The notes: generated by a model from the letters alone, not told the origin. 64,000 nt of DNA from Promethearchaeota archaeon (GCA_016839745.1 JAEOTS010000122.1:1-64000); one strand, 5' to 3'. Shown: positions 1 through 10,229, counted from the first letter of the stretch. A program made the numbers and translations.

Positions 1-413
1 CCAGCGGCTAAAGTTCTTGGTGGAATCTCTTTTCCAAGTAGAACAGCACCGGCACCTAAAATCGCTCCTTCCCCCATTTTAGACCTATGTAACGCATTAG
101 CACCTATTCCAACTAAACACCCATTTTCAATGGTACAAGGGCCATGTATCATCGCATGATGTCCGATAATGCAATCGTCACCTATATCCACTGTAGATCC
201 TACCATGTTGTGAATAGTAACATTCTCTTGAATACTTGTGTTTCTTCCTATAATAACAGTGCCCCAATCTCCTCTTAACACAGCTCCAAACCAGATATTG
301 CTTCCTTCTCCAATAGTAACATCTCCAATAATAACTGCGGTAGGAGCTATATAAGCTGATTCGTGAATTTGGGGTACTTTGCCTGTTCTTGGGCTAGGCA
401 TGATTAGTGGCAT
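1..413 (-). CDS. Gamma-class carbonic anhydrase / hexapeptide-repeat family protein (runs off the window start)
   Basis: Manual translation from ATG at 413: MPLIMPSPRTGKVPQIHESAYIAPTAVIIGDVTIGEGSNIWFGAVLRGDWG..., followed by IQENVTIH and IGHHAMIHGPC, typical of gamma-CA. Not in the ORF track because it is truncated. Confidence 0.88.
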   Translation of the reverse strand, partial: MPLIMPSPRTGKVPQIHESAYIAPTAVIIGDVTIGEGSNIWFGAVLRGDWGTVIIGRNTSIQENVTIHNMVGSTVDIGDDCIIGHHAMIHGPCTIENGCLVGIGANALHRSKMGEGAILGAGAVLLGKEIPPRTLAA

Positions 414-503
414 GATCTCTTCACAATCAGTGTTTTTTTGAAATGAAAAATTAAAGAAATTTTATTAATCTTATTGAAATAAAAAAGAAGATAAAGAGAA
501 AGA

Positions 504-2189
504 TTACTTAATTAGGTTTGCATCGCTGAGAATTTTTTTATGATCAAAAGCTAATTCAACAGTTTTAAGTTGGTCTAACGGTATTAATTCTGCTTTTTTA
601 GAGTCGTCACCACCTCGCATCTCTGAAGTGTCTCCTATTATCCGACATTTATACACGGTTGTATGAACATTTCCTCTAGGATCTCGTCCTTCTTTATTGT
701 AAACACCTAGTTTAGATTGAACTTTTATGTTTAAATTAGTCTCCTCCTTAACTTCTCTGATTACCGCTTCGGTAGGGTTTTCTCCCTTCTTGATAAAGCC
801 ACCAGGTAAAGCAAAATAATCTCGGAAAGGAGGATATTTTCGCTTAATTAAAACAACATTTCCTTTCTGATCTTCAATTATGGCATCAACAGTAAGAGCT
901 ATATCAGGTTTTCGAAGCTGAATTCGCATGTAGATATAATAAAAGATTGTTAGAGATAGTATTCCAATTATTACGACACCAATTAAACCATATAATATTG
1001 ATGTAAAGAGAGTTCCTTTCTGTAAATCAAGGCTAAGCATAATTACACCCGCTAAATCAGCTAAAACACCAGCACCAAAAAGTAAGTTTAACAAATTTAA
1101 ACCTCTTTCAGTTTTTTCTTGAGCTTCTTCGCTTTTTTTATAATATAAATCCTGCATCGCATCATAAATTGTTGTAAATTTTTCATTTACGCGCTTGACT
1201 ACACTTTCTATTTCAAATTCAACTAAAAGATGTTTTAAAACACTGGTATAGTGTTGTCTTCTATTATAATCAAGTTCATTGTAAATTGTGCTTAAGTTTG
1301 TTTGAATTAAACCTCTTAGTAATCTTAAATTTTTAATTTTCATTTCAATTGATTTTAAGTATTGAAACATTTCAGACTGCGTTTTTAAAAAGAGAAGATC
1401 TAACGCCTCGCTAATGGATCGAAGAGCAAATAGTACTGCACGCATTTTTGGAGTAGTACCAATTACGTACTTCATCATATAATCAAAAAATTTCTCATAA
1501 CTTTCTTCCCTCATGTATACGAAACCCGAGTTTCTGCGGATAAAATGTAGCTCAGATAATCGATTAGATAAATTATTTTCAATGCGTTTAGTATATAAAA
1601 TTTCAGAATAGTCTTCCCATTGCCCAGAATAAATTTCTGTCCAATAACCTATTAATTTTTTATATTTTTCAATATTTTCTTGAGTCCATTCAATTACACT
1701 AGGTTTTGTGTTATTCGAAGTTAGGAACACATAGACAGGACTTTCAGTATCTATGAGAATTCCGGTATAAATACTATCTTTAAAAAACTCTTTTAGATCT
1801 TTTACAAATAGATAAGGTATTTGTTGAATCAACATGGGTTTTAATTTTTCTTTTTTCAAGGGTTGATTTGGATAATGTTCGACCTTAAATTGGAAAAATC
1901 CTAAAGTATTAAACTCCCTATCTGTATTTTCATCCCTATAAGGAAAACTTTCAAGATATGGAACCCAACTACATTCAATTGAGATATTTTGAACCATATC
2001 AATTATAATCTCTTTAAGTTCTACTGTCAAACGACGATAAAAGTCTTTTGATGTTAGGTTTTCGAATTTATGTTTGATAAAATCTTCAATCTTCTTCGCA
2101 GTCTCTTTACCGCTTATTTTTTTAGTATTTAGGAACGCGCTTATGAACCAAAATTCTTCGCGATAAATAAAAGAAAGATGTTCGCTCAT
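504..2189 (-). CDS. Membrane protein with CorA/RMD1-like helical region and 2 TM helices, fused to a C-terminal ADP-ribose-pyrophosphatase-type Nudix domain
   Basis: Nudix box GGFIKKGENPTEAVIREVKEETNL, plus RDPRG and LAFDH motifs. Two hydrophobic segments (LNLLNLLFGAGVLADLAGVIMLSL; LFTSILYGLIGVVIIGILSLTIFYYIYM) follow a long amphipathic helix. The CorA-like assignment is inference. Confidence 0.75.
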   Translation of the reverse strand: MSEHLSFIYREEFWFISAFLNTKKISGKETAKKIEDFIKHKFENLTSKDFYRRLTVELKEIIIDMVQNISIECSWVPYLESFPYRDENTDREFNTLGFFQFKVEHYPNQPLKKEKLKPMLIQQIPYLFVKDLKEFFKDSIYTGILIDTESPVYVFLTSNNTKPSVIEWTQENIEKYKKLIGYWTEIYSGQWEDYSEILYTKRIENNLSNRLSELHFIRRNSGFVYMREESYEKFFDYMMKYVIGTTPKMRAVLFALRSISEALDLLFLKTQSEMFQYLKSIEMKIKNLRLLRGLIQTNLSTIYNELDYNRRQHYTSVLKHLLVEFEIESVVKRVNEKFTTIYDAMQDLYYKKSEEAQEKTERGLNLLNLLFGAGVLADLAGVIMLSLDLQKGTLFTSILYGLIGVVIIGILSLTIFYYIYMRIQLRKPDIALTVDAIIEDQKGNVVLIKRKYPPFRDYFALPGGFIKKGENPTEAVIREVKEETNLNIKVQSKLGVYNKEGRDPRGNVHTTVYKCRIIGDTSEMRGGDDSKKAELIPLDQLKTVELAFDHKKILSDANLIK

Positions 2190-2284
2190 CGATTTTTACC
2201 TTAAAATTATTATAAATTCAATTAAATTATATTAAATATTAAGTAATCTTGATTACTTAAGAATTTCACAAAAACACTAAGAAA

Positions 2285-3229
2285 ATGTCAGTTAAACAGA
2301 TTCAAGATGAAGTCCTTAAACTGAAAAAGGAGATAGGAACCACAATCTTAGCTCACTATTACCAACCTATCGAGATTCAGGAAGTAGCGGATCATTTAGG
2401 CGATTCTTTAGGTTTGTCAAGGCTTGCGAAAGAAGCAAATTCGGAGTATATTATTTTTGCAGGCGTGGATTTTATGGCAGAGACTGCTTCCATATTAAAT
2501 CAAGATAAACATGTTTTAATACCTAATCCTGAGTCTTGCTGCCCAATGGCGGCCTATTTAACTGCAGATAAAGTAAGAGACTTCAAACTAAAGAATCCCA
2601 ATTTACCGGTAGTTGTATATGTCAATTCAACGGCCGATGTTAAAGCAGAATCGGATATTTGTTGTACATCATCAAATGCAGCTAAAATTGTAAAAGAGAT
2701 CTCTAAAGTTAAGGGGACTAAGGCAGTATTGTTTGGACCAGACGCTAATTTAGCAGATTACGCTGAACAAAAATCAGGCATCAAATGCATTAAAATGCCT
2801 GAGGAGGGTAACTGTTATGTACACTCCCAACTAACTGTTGATGATATAGAAAAATCAAGAATTAATCACCCAGATGCGTTAATTGTAGTTCATCCGGAAT
2901 GTACTAGACAAGTGAGAAATCTATCAGACTTTGTTGGTTCCACTGCTCAGATGTATAAAAGAGTTAAAGAGAGCTCTACAAATGAAATCGAGTTTGTCAT
3001 TGGAACTGAACGGGGTTTAATGGAAAGAATGGCTCAGGATCTTCCTGAAAAAAAGTTTTATTCAGCTAGGGATGACGGGATGTTATGCTACAACATGAAA
3101 AAGAATACAATAGAATTAATGAGGTATGTAATAGACCATTTAGATGATTCAATGTTTGAGGTAAAAGTTTCTCCTGAAATTGCTAAGAAAGCTTTAAAAC
3201 CCATTGAAATGATGCTGGAATATTCATAA
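2285..3229 (+). CDS. nadA: Quinolinate synthase
   Basis: ILAHYYQ, GDSL, GVDFMAE, CPMA, YVNS, CTSSNA, C-x-VH, HPEC, GST and C-x-x-MK motifs. Confidence 0.95.
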   Translation: MSVKQIQDEVLKLKKEIGTTILAHYYQPIEIQEVADHLGDSLGLSRLAKEANSEYIIFAGVDFMAETASILNQDKHVLIPNPESCCPMAAYLTADKVRDFKLKNPNLPVVVYVNSTADVKAESDICCTSSNAAKIVKEISKVKGTKAVLFGPDANLADYAEQKSGIKCIKMPEEGNCYVHSQLTVDDIEKSRINHPDALIVVHPECTRQVRNLSDFVGSTAQMYKRVKESSTNEIEFVIGTERGLMERMAQDLPEKKFYSARDDGMLCYNMKKNTIELMRYVIDHLDDSMFEVKVSPEIAKKALKPIEMMLEYS

Positions 3230-3287
3230 ACTCGGATAGATAAAGATGTCATGTTTTATAAAAAAAAATAAACACAAAAAATAATTA

Positions 3288-4958
3288 TTAGTTACTTTTC
3301 TTCATTTCCTTCTCTCTCAAAGTTCTGCGTAGTATTTTTCCCACGCCGCTTTTTGGAAGGCTTCGGACAAATTTTACTTCCCTAGGATATTTATAGGCTG
3401 CTAGATTTTCTTTTGCAAAATCGATAATGTCTTGTTCGGTAACTTTTCCCTTGCTCTCCTGCTTAAGTAGAACAAAAGCTTTGATATCCTCACCTTTTAT
3501 ATTATCTGGAACACCAATTACTGCACATTCTTGTATGGCGGGATGTTCGTATAAAACTTCTTCAATTTCTCTAGGATAAACGCTGTGTCCTTTGTATTTT
3601 ATCAAATCCTTAATCCGATCCAATAAAAATAAATGATACTCGTTATCTAATCGCCCATAATCGCCAGTGCGCAGCCATTTATAGCCGCCTGCTTCGAAGA
3701 ATACGAGTTTGTTTTCTTCCGGTCTGTTATGATAACCAACCATTACTTGCGGCCCGGATATGACAACTTCGCCTTCTTCTCCGACCGGTAGAAACTCCAG
3801 CTTCTCATTTATTATTCCTACAAGAGTATTAGTAAATGGCAATCCTACTGATCCTCGTTTCAATTTTGACCAGATATGAGCGGTAATGGCGCCAGTGCTA
3901 GTTTCGCTTAGCCCGTATCCTTCAGCCATTCTAAAGCCTGTTCTTCTCTCCCATTCCTTAGCTAGTTCGTCCGGTAGTGCTCCAGCACCACAATTTACAA
4001 ATTTTAGGCAACTCATATCGATATCTTTCATATGAGGCGAATTTAAAATATTAACAAACATTGTAGGTACTCCAAGTAGCAAGTTTGGTCTCCCATTTTT
4101 AATAACTTCTGCGATTCTTTGAAGATCAAATGATGGAAGAACATAAGATTTTGAACCAACTAGACACCCCATCAATAATTCGCAGGCTTGCCCATAAATA
4201 TGATACCACGGTAAAATGGAAAGACCGATTATATTTTCTTTAAGATAATGCTCAATCATATAATCTATGCCTTGTTTTATTGCCAATAGCATTGATACGA
4301 TATTATTATGCGATAAACTAGCTCCTTTAGGAAGTCCTGTTGTTCCTCCAGTATATTGAATTATAGCAATATCCTCTTTAGTATTGATTTTCACATCGAA
4401 CTCAAGAGGATCTTGATACTTTTCCAATAACTTATCGTAATGAATAATTTTGTTAGTTTCAGGAACGATAATATTCTCGTCCATTACATTTAATATAATT
4501 ACTTTATTGAGTGATAATTTATCGGCAACTTTTTCATATTCCCGAACAAATCGGTCGATCATTACCAAGTATGTTGCACCAGAATCATTAATTTGGTAAG
4601 CAAGTTCTCTTCCTGTAAATAAAGGACTAATGGCGGTCAATGTAGCTCCAAGATACACTGCAGCAAAATAAGTAATAGCGAATTGAGGACAATTAGGAAG
4701 CCATAAAGCCACAACGTCTCCTTTTTTTACACCTAAATCTTTTAAAGCTGCTGCGAATCTTTTAGTTAATACTTCTAGGTCCTTAGTAGTATACTCTTTC
4801 CCAAAAAAATCAATCATAACTTGATCGGTATAATTTTCGCCACGATACTTCCATACATCAATTAACGACATGTTTTCAGGAACATCAAGTTCTACAGTTA
4901 TTCCATCTGGTAAATAATCTTTCCAACTACGATTTTTAATATAATCTGGAAGTTCCAT
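3288..4958 (-). CDS. Long-chain-fatty-acid--CoA ligase (AMP-binding family)
   Basis: YTGGTTGLPKG, EGYGLSET, TGD and PKSGVGKILR adenylation motifs. Confidence 0.93.
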   Translation of the reverse strand: MELPDYIKNRSWKDYLPDGITVELDVPENMSLIDVWKYRGENYTDQVMIDFFGKEYTTKDLEVLTKRFAAALKDLGVKKGDVVALWLPNCPQFAITYFAAVYLGATLTAISPLFTGRELAYQINDSGATYLVMIDRFVREYEKVADKLSLNKVIILNVMDENIIVPETNKIIHYDKLLEKYQDPLEFDVKINTKEDIAIIQYTGGTTGLPKGASLSHNNIVSMLLAIKQGIDYMIEHYLKENIIGLSILPWYHIYGQACELLMGCLVGSKSYVLPSFDLQRIAEVIKNGRPNLLLGVPTMFVNILNSPHMKDIDMSCLKFVNCGAGALPDELAKEWERRTGFRMAEGYGLSETSTGAITAHIWSKLKRGSVGLPFTNTLVGIINEKLEFLPVGEEGEVVISGPQVMVGYHNRPEENKLVFFEAGGYKWLRTGDYGRLDNEYHLFLLDRIKDLIKYKGHSVYPREIEEVLYEHPAIQECAVIGVPDNIKGEDIKAFVLLKQESKGKVTEQDIIDFAKENLAAYKYPREVKFVRSLPKSGVGKILRRTLREKEMKKSN

Positions 4959-5178
4959 TTATTCTCTCATCTCTAATTCAATTGTATAAAACTCAATAAA
5001 AGTTATTCTATTGATTCTCATATCCTATTTAAGTTTTTTCACGTGGAGTAAAAACTTGATTAATTTTTATATACATTCGACTGAGTTCATGTTTTTACTA
5101 AGAATTCTGTTATTCTTAATTGCTTTTTATCATCTAGGTATTTCAAAAAACTATTCGTGGGAATATTAGCTCTTAATT

Positions 5179-6279
5179 TTAGTTATTATTAAGAGTAAGT
5201 GTGTTTAAGTTAATAACCTCCATTTTAAGACCTTTAAAAATTATATTTTTTAGAAGTATTCCTTCCTTGGATTTTCCAAGTTTGCGTGATTGAGTAAGAC
5301 CCTCCATTAACTTATCCCTTTCTATATTCAAAAATCCCATCTCGATAGCATTTTTTATGATAAGATTTAGCACTAGTAGTTGAAATTGTTCAATGATCTC
5401 ATTCCATATTAGCCCCATTTCCTTTAATTCTACAGTGATTTCTTCGGACATAACATCTAGATCATAAATTTGATCTGAAATCCCTTCCTGAAAGTTGATT
5501 ATTTCGTCTATTAAGCGATCTTTTATCAATCTAAATGTTGTAGTCCCTAACAAATCTTCCTCATGAAAGAAAAAATCACTATCAGCTCGTTTGATGAGGT
5601 AAAAACCAAAATCACTCTTAATGAGTTTTATTCTGGCTAAATACTGGATAGCTTCTCTATCAACGTTAAAGATCTCACAAAATTGATCCAAATTCAATTT
5701 ATAACCTTTAAAATTCTGAGAAGGTAAATCAAATCTCCAATATTTTTTCGCAAAATTCCCTTGTCCTAAGATTGAATTATAGAATATGTAAAAAAGCGAC
5801 ATGTACAAATCTCGATCCTGTTGCAGCTCAAAAAAATTATCGCCTATTTTCGAGACTATTCTTACGATATGAATAATGAATGCCGCTTCTAGATTTCTCT
5901 TTTTATAAAAATCTATTAAATCTTCGAGTTTTCTTACGTTTTCTTTAAGCTCATGGATAATAAATAATTCATCCTTTAACTGTAATGGTTCCTCTCCTAA
6001 CTTTTCTATACCCTTATCAGTAATAACATAAAAACGATATTGTTTATTTGAATCTCTGTCTGTAATTAACCGTTGTTCTATTGTTTTATTTTTTCTATGA
6101 AGGGTAAGATATTTAGAAACAGTTGACCTGCTTAATTTTGAGTTTTTGATTAAACTAGTAAATCTTTGTGGACCTAAATTCCTTAAAATGAACAAAATTC
6201 TCCGACTATTGTCCTGAATATTGTCAGACTTTATTAATAGCTCTCTTTTTAATTTTTCAGAAATATTCCAACTCTCCAT
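5179..6279 (-). CDS. Winged-helix (MarR/ArsR-like) DNA-binding protein with a large uncharacterised C-terminal region
   Basis: N-terminal FTSLIKNSKLSRSTVSKYL...YVITDKG wHTH pattern. Confidence 0.65.
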   Translation of the reverse strand: MESWNISEKLKRELLIKSDNIQDNSRRILFILRNLGPQRFTSLIKNSKLSRSTVSKYLTLHRKNKTIEQRLITDRDSNKQYRFYVITDKGIEKLGEEPLQLKDELFIIHELKENVRKLEDLIDFYKKRNLEAAFIIHIVRIVSKIGDNFFELQQDRDLYMSLFYIFYNSILGQGNFAKKYWRFDLPSQNFKGYKLNLDQFCEIFNVDREAIQYLARIKLIKSDFGFYLIKRADSDFFFHEEDLLGTTTFRLIKDRLIDEIINFQEGISDQIYDLDVMSEEITVELKEMGLIWNEIIEQFQLLVLNLIIKNAIEMGFLNIERDKLMEGLTQSRKLGKSKEGILLKNIIFKGLKMEVINLNTLTLNNN

Positions 6280-6561
6280 GTTAATATTATATATTTACAT
6301 TGATATAAATCTATACTTTTTTTTTGGACTTGTACTAAAAAATTACTAAAAAACAAAAAACATTAAATTTAGTATAATAATGAATTCGGAGATAAAGAAC
6401 CACTTCCCACAAACAAGAGAAGATACATACCCAAATATTACTTTTCTTAAAAAGAAAATATGATTTAGACTTAAGTTTAGAAATAAAGACCACATTCTTT
6501 AAAATATTGAATTCTCATAATATTATTAACAATAATAAAAAAAAAAATAATGTGATAATTA

Positions 6562-6813
6562 ATGACCCAATACAGGTTTAGGCTTACGGGAGTCCCTCCT
6601 GATCAAGCAATCAAGCTTATCGAAGTAGATCCTAACCAATCGATTGCAGAAATTAAAAAAACTGTTCAACGGGAATATAAACTAAATCCTATTCTCGCTA
6701 TTCAATTTATTTTTAAAGGAAAAGTACTTCCCGACCAACTAAAGTTCGCTAAAATAGGAATTCATCCTAAAAAGGATGTCATTACTGTAATGGCTACGCA
6801 AGCTGGCGGGTAA
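6562..6813 (+). CDS. Ubiquitin-like protein (eukaryotic-type beta-grasp, exposed C-terminal Gly-Gly)
   Basis: 83 aa; IEVDPNQSIAEIKK...FIFKGKVLPD aligns with ubiquitin LEVEPSDTIENVKA...LIFAGKQLED; ends in AGG-stop. Confidence 0.85.
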   Translation: MTQYRFRLTGVPPDQAIKLIEVDPNQSIAEIKKTVQREYKLNPILAIQFIFKGKVLPDQLKFAKIGIHPKKDVITVMATQAGG

Positions 6814-6828
6814 TATATAAATTCTAAA

Positions 6829-6845
6829 ATTTTTTTCTTTTTTTA
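6829..6845 (+). terminator. Probable archaeal oligo-T terminator after the ubiquitin-like gene
   Basis: Long T-tract (tttttttctttttt) about 15 nt after the stop codon. Confidence 0.4.
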
Positions 6846-6976
6846 TCTTACTTAACGAAATCTTTTTACATTTTCCAAATTAATTCTTATTGTTGCTATA
6901 AGAACCATTTAACTACATAAAAAATCAACAACGAAGGATTTCTAAAGATTATTCAGTAAAGAAAGAAGGAAAGAAA

Positions 6977-7948
6977 ATGAAAGCGATAATATGGACAAAA
7001 TATGGGTCTCCCGATGTTCTTAAATTAAGAGAAATAGAAAAACCTATCCCTAAGGACAACGAAATCTTAGTAAAAGTACACACAGCAACAGCAACCACAG
7101 GGGACTGTGAGTTACGCAGTCTCAAATTACCTTTCTATTACACTTTCCTCTTCCGAATGTATGCTGGTTTCAGAAAACCAAAGAGGCATCTCATATTAGG
7201 GCAGGATGTAGCGGGATCAATTGAAGCTATTGGTGAAAATGTAAAGCTCTTTAAAGAAGGGGATCAGATTTTTGGCAATACAGGATTTAATGGTGCTTAT
7301 GCCGAGTATATTTGTCTACCTGAAGACGCGATATTAGCAATAAAACCCGCTAATGTAAGTTTTGAGGAAGCTGCCACTGTTCCTCTGGGGGGCCTAAATG
7401 CTTTATATTTCCTTAGAAAAGTGAATATACAAAGTGGTCAGAAAGTTTTGATTAATGGCGCGAGTGGCTCTATTGGAACATTTGCAGTACAGCTTGCAAA
7501 ATATTTTGGGGCTAACGTGACGGGTATTGCAAGCACAGGTAAATTAGACATGGTGCAATCGATTGGTGCTGACCATGTTATCGATTATACCTCCGAAGAT
7601 TTCACCAAAAGTGGTGAGAAGTACGATGTTATTTTTGATGTGGTGCGCAAGAGTTCGTTTTCTGGTTGTATTAGATCGCTCAAGAAAAAAGGAATCTACC
7701 TTCAAACTAACCATGGGCTGTTGCGAGGCGTCCGAGGGCGATGGAATTCAATAGTAAGACAAAAGAAAGTAATTAGTGGAATAATAACCGAAAGTACCGA
7801 AGATTTAATTTACCTCATAGAACTGATTGAGGCGAGAGAAATAAAACCGGTCATAGATAAAAGCTTTCCACTAGAACAGACTGCTGAAGCTCACAGATAT
7901 GTCGAGGCAGGAAAAAAGAAGGGAAATGTAGTTATAAATGTGCATTAA
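6977..7948 (+). CDS. NAD(P)-dependent MDR-family oxidoreductase (quinone oxidoreductase/ADH-like, zinc-independent)
   Basis: MKAI..YGSPDVL start, VLINGASGSIGTFAVQLAK Rossmann motif, GADHVIDY. Confidence 0.9.
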   Translation: MKAIIWTKYGSPDVLKLREIEKPIPKDNEILVKVHTATATTGDCELRSLKLPFYYTFLFRMYAGFRKPKRHLILGQDVAGSIEAIGENVKLFKEGDQIFGNTGFNGAYAEYICLPEDAILAIKPANVSFEEAATVPLGGLNALYFLRKVNIQSGQKVLINGASGSIGTFAVQLAKYFGANVTGIASTGKLDMVQSIGADHVIDYTSEDFTKSGEKYDVIFDVVRKSSFSGCIRSLKKKGIYLQTNHGLLRGVRGRWNSIVRQKKVISGIITESTEDLIYLIELIEAREIKPVIDKSFPLEQTAEAHRYVEAGKKKGNVVINVH

Positions 7949-7964
7949 AAGGAAGGGAACATAA

Positions 7965-8936
7965 TTGAAAGCAATTGTATACACAGAATATGGACCTCCT
8001 GATGTTTTTCGGCTTGTAGATGTTGAAAAACCTACACCTAAGGACAATGAAGTATTAGTAAAAATTCATGCAGTATCCTTAAATGGTACTGACTTAGATA
8101 AAATGAGAGGTAGGTATTCAATAACACTAGGAAGGCGCTTAAAACCAAAACATAAAATACTTGGATGTGATATTGCTGGAAAAGTTGATGTAATTGGTAG
8201 AAATGTAAACAAATTTAAGCCAGGTGATGATATATTCATGGATTTGTATGAATTTGGTTTTGGTGCTTTTGCGGAGTATGTTTGTGTTCCTGAAAATGCG
8301 TTAAGGGTGAAACCGGCCAGTATGACATTCGAGGAAGCAGCGACCTTCCCTCAAGCGGCAGTTCTCGCTCTACAGGGTCTTCGTGATAAAGGAAAAATTC
8401 AACCGGGAAAAAAAGTTTTAATTAATGGAGCTAGTGGTGGTGTGGGCACTTTCGCCGTGCAGATTGCCAAATACTTTGGTGCTGAAGTGACAGGCGTGGC
8501 TAGCACGAGGAAATTGGATATGCTGCGCTCGATTGGTGCAGACCATGTCATTGATTACACACAGGAAGATTTTACTAAAACTGGGCAGCGCTATGACCTG
8601 ATCCTTAATGTTGCAGCACATCATTCGATATTTGACTACAAGCGTGTTTTGAATCCAAAAGGAATTTATGCCTTAATCGGAGGTTCCGGGGTGGCAATTC
8701 TTCAAGCTATATTCTTAGGACCATTAATTTCAATATTTGGAAGTAAGAAACTGGGTCTCATGGTATGGAAACCAAATAAGAAAGAAGATATGGTTTTTTT
8801 AGGAGAACTTTTTAAAGCCGGCAAAGTAGTCCCTGTTATAGATAGAAGTTACCCGTTAAGTGAGGTTGCTGAAGCTCTCCGGTATCTTGAAGAAGGACAC
8901 GCCCAAGGAAAAGTAGTAATAACTGTGGCAAAATAA
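7965..8936 (+). CDS. NAD(P)-dependent MDR-family oxidoreductase (tandem paralog, TTG start)
   Basis: VLINGASGGVGTFAVQIAK, GADHVIDY, GHAQGKVVI. Confidence 0.9.
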   Translation: MKAIVYTEYGPPDVFRLVDVEKPTPKDNEVLVKIHAVSLNGTDLDKMRGRYSITLGRRLKPKHKILGCDIAGKVDVIGRNVNKFKPGDDIFMDLYEFGFGAFAEYVCVPENALRVKPASMTFEEAATFPQAAVLALQGLRDKGKIQPGKKVLINGASGGVGTFAVQIAKYFGAEVTGVASTRKLDMLRSIGADHVIDYTQEDFTKTGQRYDLILNVAAHHSIFDYKRVLNPKGIYALIGGSGVAILQAIFLGPLISIFGSKKLGLMVWKPNKKEDMVFLGELFKAGKVVPVIDRSYPLSEVAEALRYLEEGHAQGKVVITVAK

Positions 8937-9005
8937 CATTTCAAAAAAAACTCTTTTTAAGTTGGTTTACGAAATCTTTTAACTTTCTATGAATGAATAC
9001 TTATT

Positions 9006-10229
9006 ATGGGTTTTATAACCAAAGTAGCAATTAAGAAAATCAAAAATGAAGATGTGAAAACAGCTGTTTTTTCAGCACTTGAACTTATTAATGCTCAACA
9101 ATTAATGCAAAAAAATAATATGGTAGTGTTACTAAAACCGAATGTCTTAATGGGTAAGCCAGCTGAGAGAGCAGTTAATACTCATCCCGAAGTTGTCCGA
9201 GCTGTTATTCAATGGGTAAAACAATTCAATCCATCAAAAATTTACGTAAGTGATTCTGCTGGGGGTCAAAAACCCGGTTTTACAGAAGCAGCCATGAAAG
9301 AAAGTGGTATTCAGGATATTTGCGTAGAAGAAGGAGCAATTTGCGTACCTTTTGAACAAACTGAACGTGAAATTTATGAAGTCAAAGATGCTCTTGAATT
9401 GAAAGAGATATCGAGTTCTCGTTTGATTAGGGAAGCAGATTTGATCATTAACATTCCTAAAATTAAAACCCATGGGCAATGCACCTTAACTTGTTGTATC
9501 AAAAATATGTTTGGGACCGTGCTTCTAGCAAATAAAGCTAAAACCCATGCTCAAGCAGCAATTTTGGAGCGATTTTGTTCGGCATTAGTAGACATATATT
9601 CTGTGTCTAAACCGCAGTTAACAGTTATAGATGGCTACTATTGTATGGAAGGTCAAGGTCCTTCTAGTGGCGATGTAGTTAAGTTGGATATAATTCTAGC
9701 AGGATATGACGGTGTTGCTCTAGACAGTACTGTATGTAAAATAATTGGATTTGATCCAGAGGAAATATTATATTTAGAAAAAGCTGAAAAGAAGAATTTA
9801 GGAACCACTGAATCAGAAAATATAGAAATTCTTGGTGAGACTATTGATTCTGTTTATCGAAAATTTAAGCGTCCAAAATTTCGACCAATCTCGATGCCTT
9901 TACCAAGGTGGTTGGCAGATTATATTGGAAAGACCATATTTCGAGCTAAAGTAAAGTTTGATGCTAAAAAATGTAAATTGTGCGCTACTTGCTGGACTAA
10001 TTGCCCAGTTAATGCAATTACACCACCAATTGATATAAAAAAAGGAAATATTCCAAAATGGGATAGTAAGAAGTGCATAACCTGTTTCTGTTGTGTTGAA
10101 TTATGTCCTCACGAAGCAGTCAAATTTAAAATTAACTATATCAAAAACGCTGCATTTTCATGGATGGGTTTAGGTTTTGTCGTATTCTTAGCATTGATTA
10201 CTATGCTTATTCTATGGCTTCTTCCATAA
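9006..10229 (+). CDS. DUF362 domain protein with 2x[4Fe-4S] ferredoxin domain and C-terminal TM
   Basis: LLKPN, THPEV, PKIKTH, KNMFG, MEGQGP motifs; CKLCATCWTNCP and CITCFCCVELCP. Confidence 0.88.
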   Translation: MGFITKVAIKKIKNEDVKTAVFSALELINAQQLMQKNNMVVLLKPNVLMGKPAERAVNTHPEVVRAVIQWVKQFNPSKIYVSDSAGGQKPGFTEAAMKESGIQDICVEEGAICVPFEQTEREIYEVKDALELKEISSSRLIREADLIINIPKIKTHGQCTLTCCIKNMFGTVLLANKAKTHAQAAILERFCSALVDIYSVSKPQLTVIDGYYCMEGQGPSSGDVVKLDIILAGYDGVALDSTVCKIIGFDPEEILYLEKAEKKNLGTTESENIEILGETIDSVYRKFKRPKFRPISMPLPRWLADYIGKTIFRAKVKFDAKKCKLCATCWTNCPVNAITPPIDIKKGNIPKWDSKKCITCFCCVELCPHEAVKFKINYIKNAAFSWMGLGFVVFLALITMLILWLLP

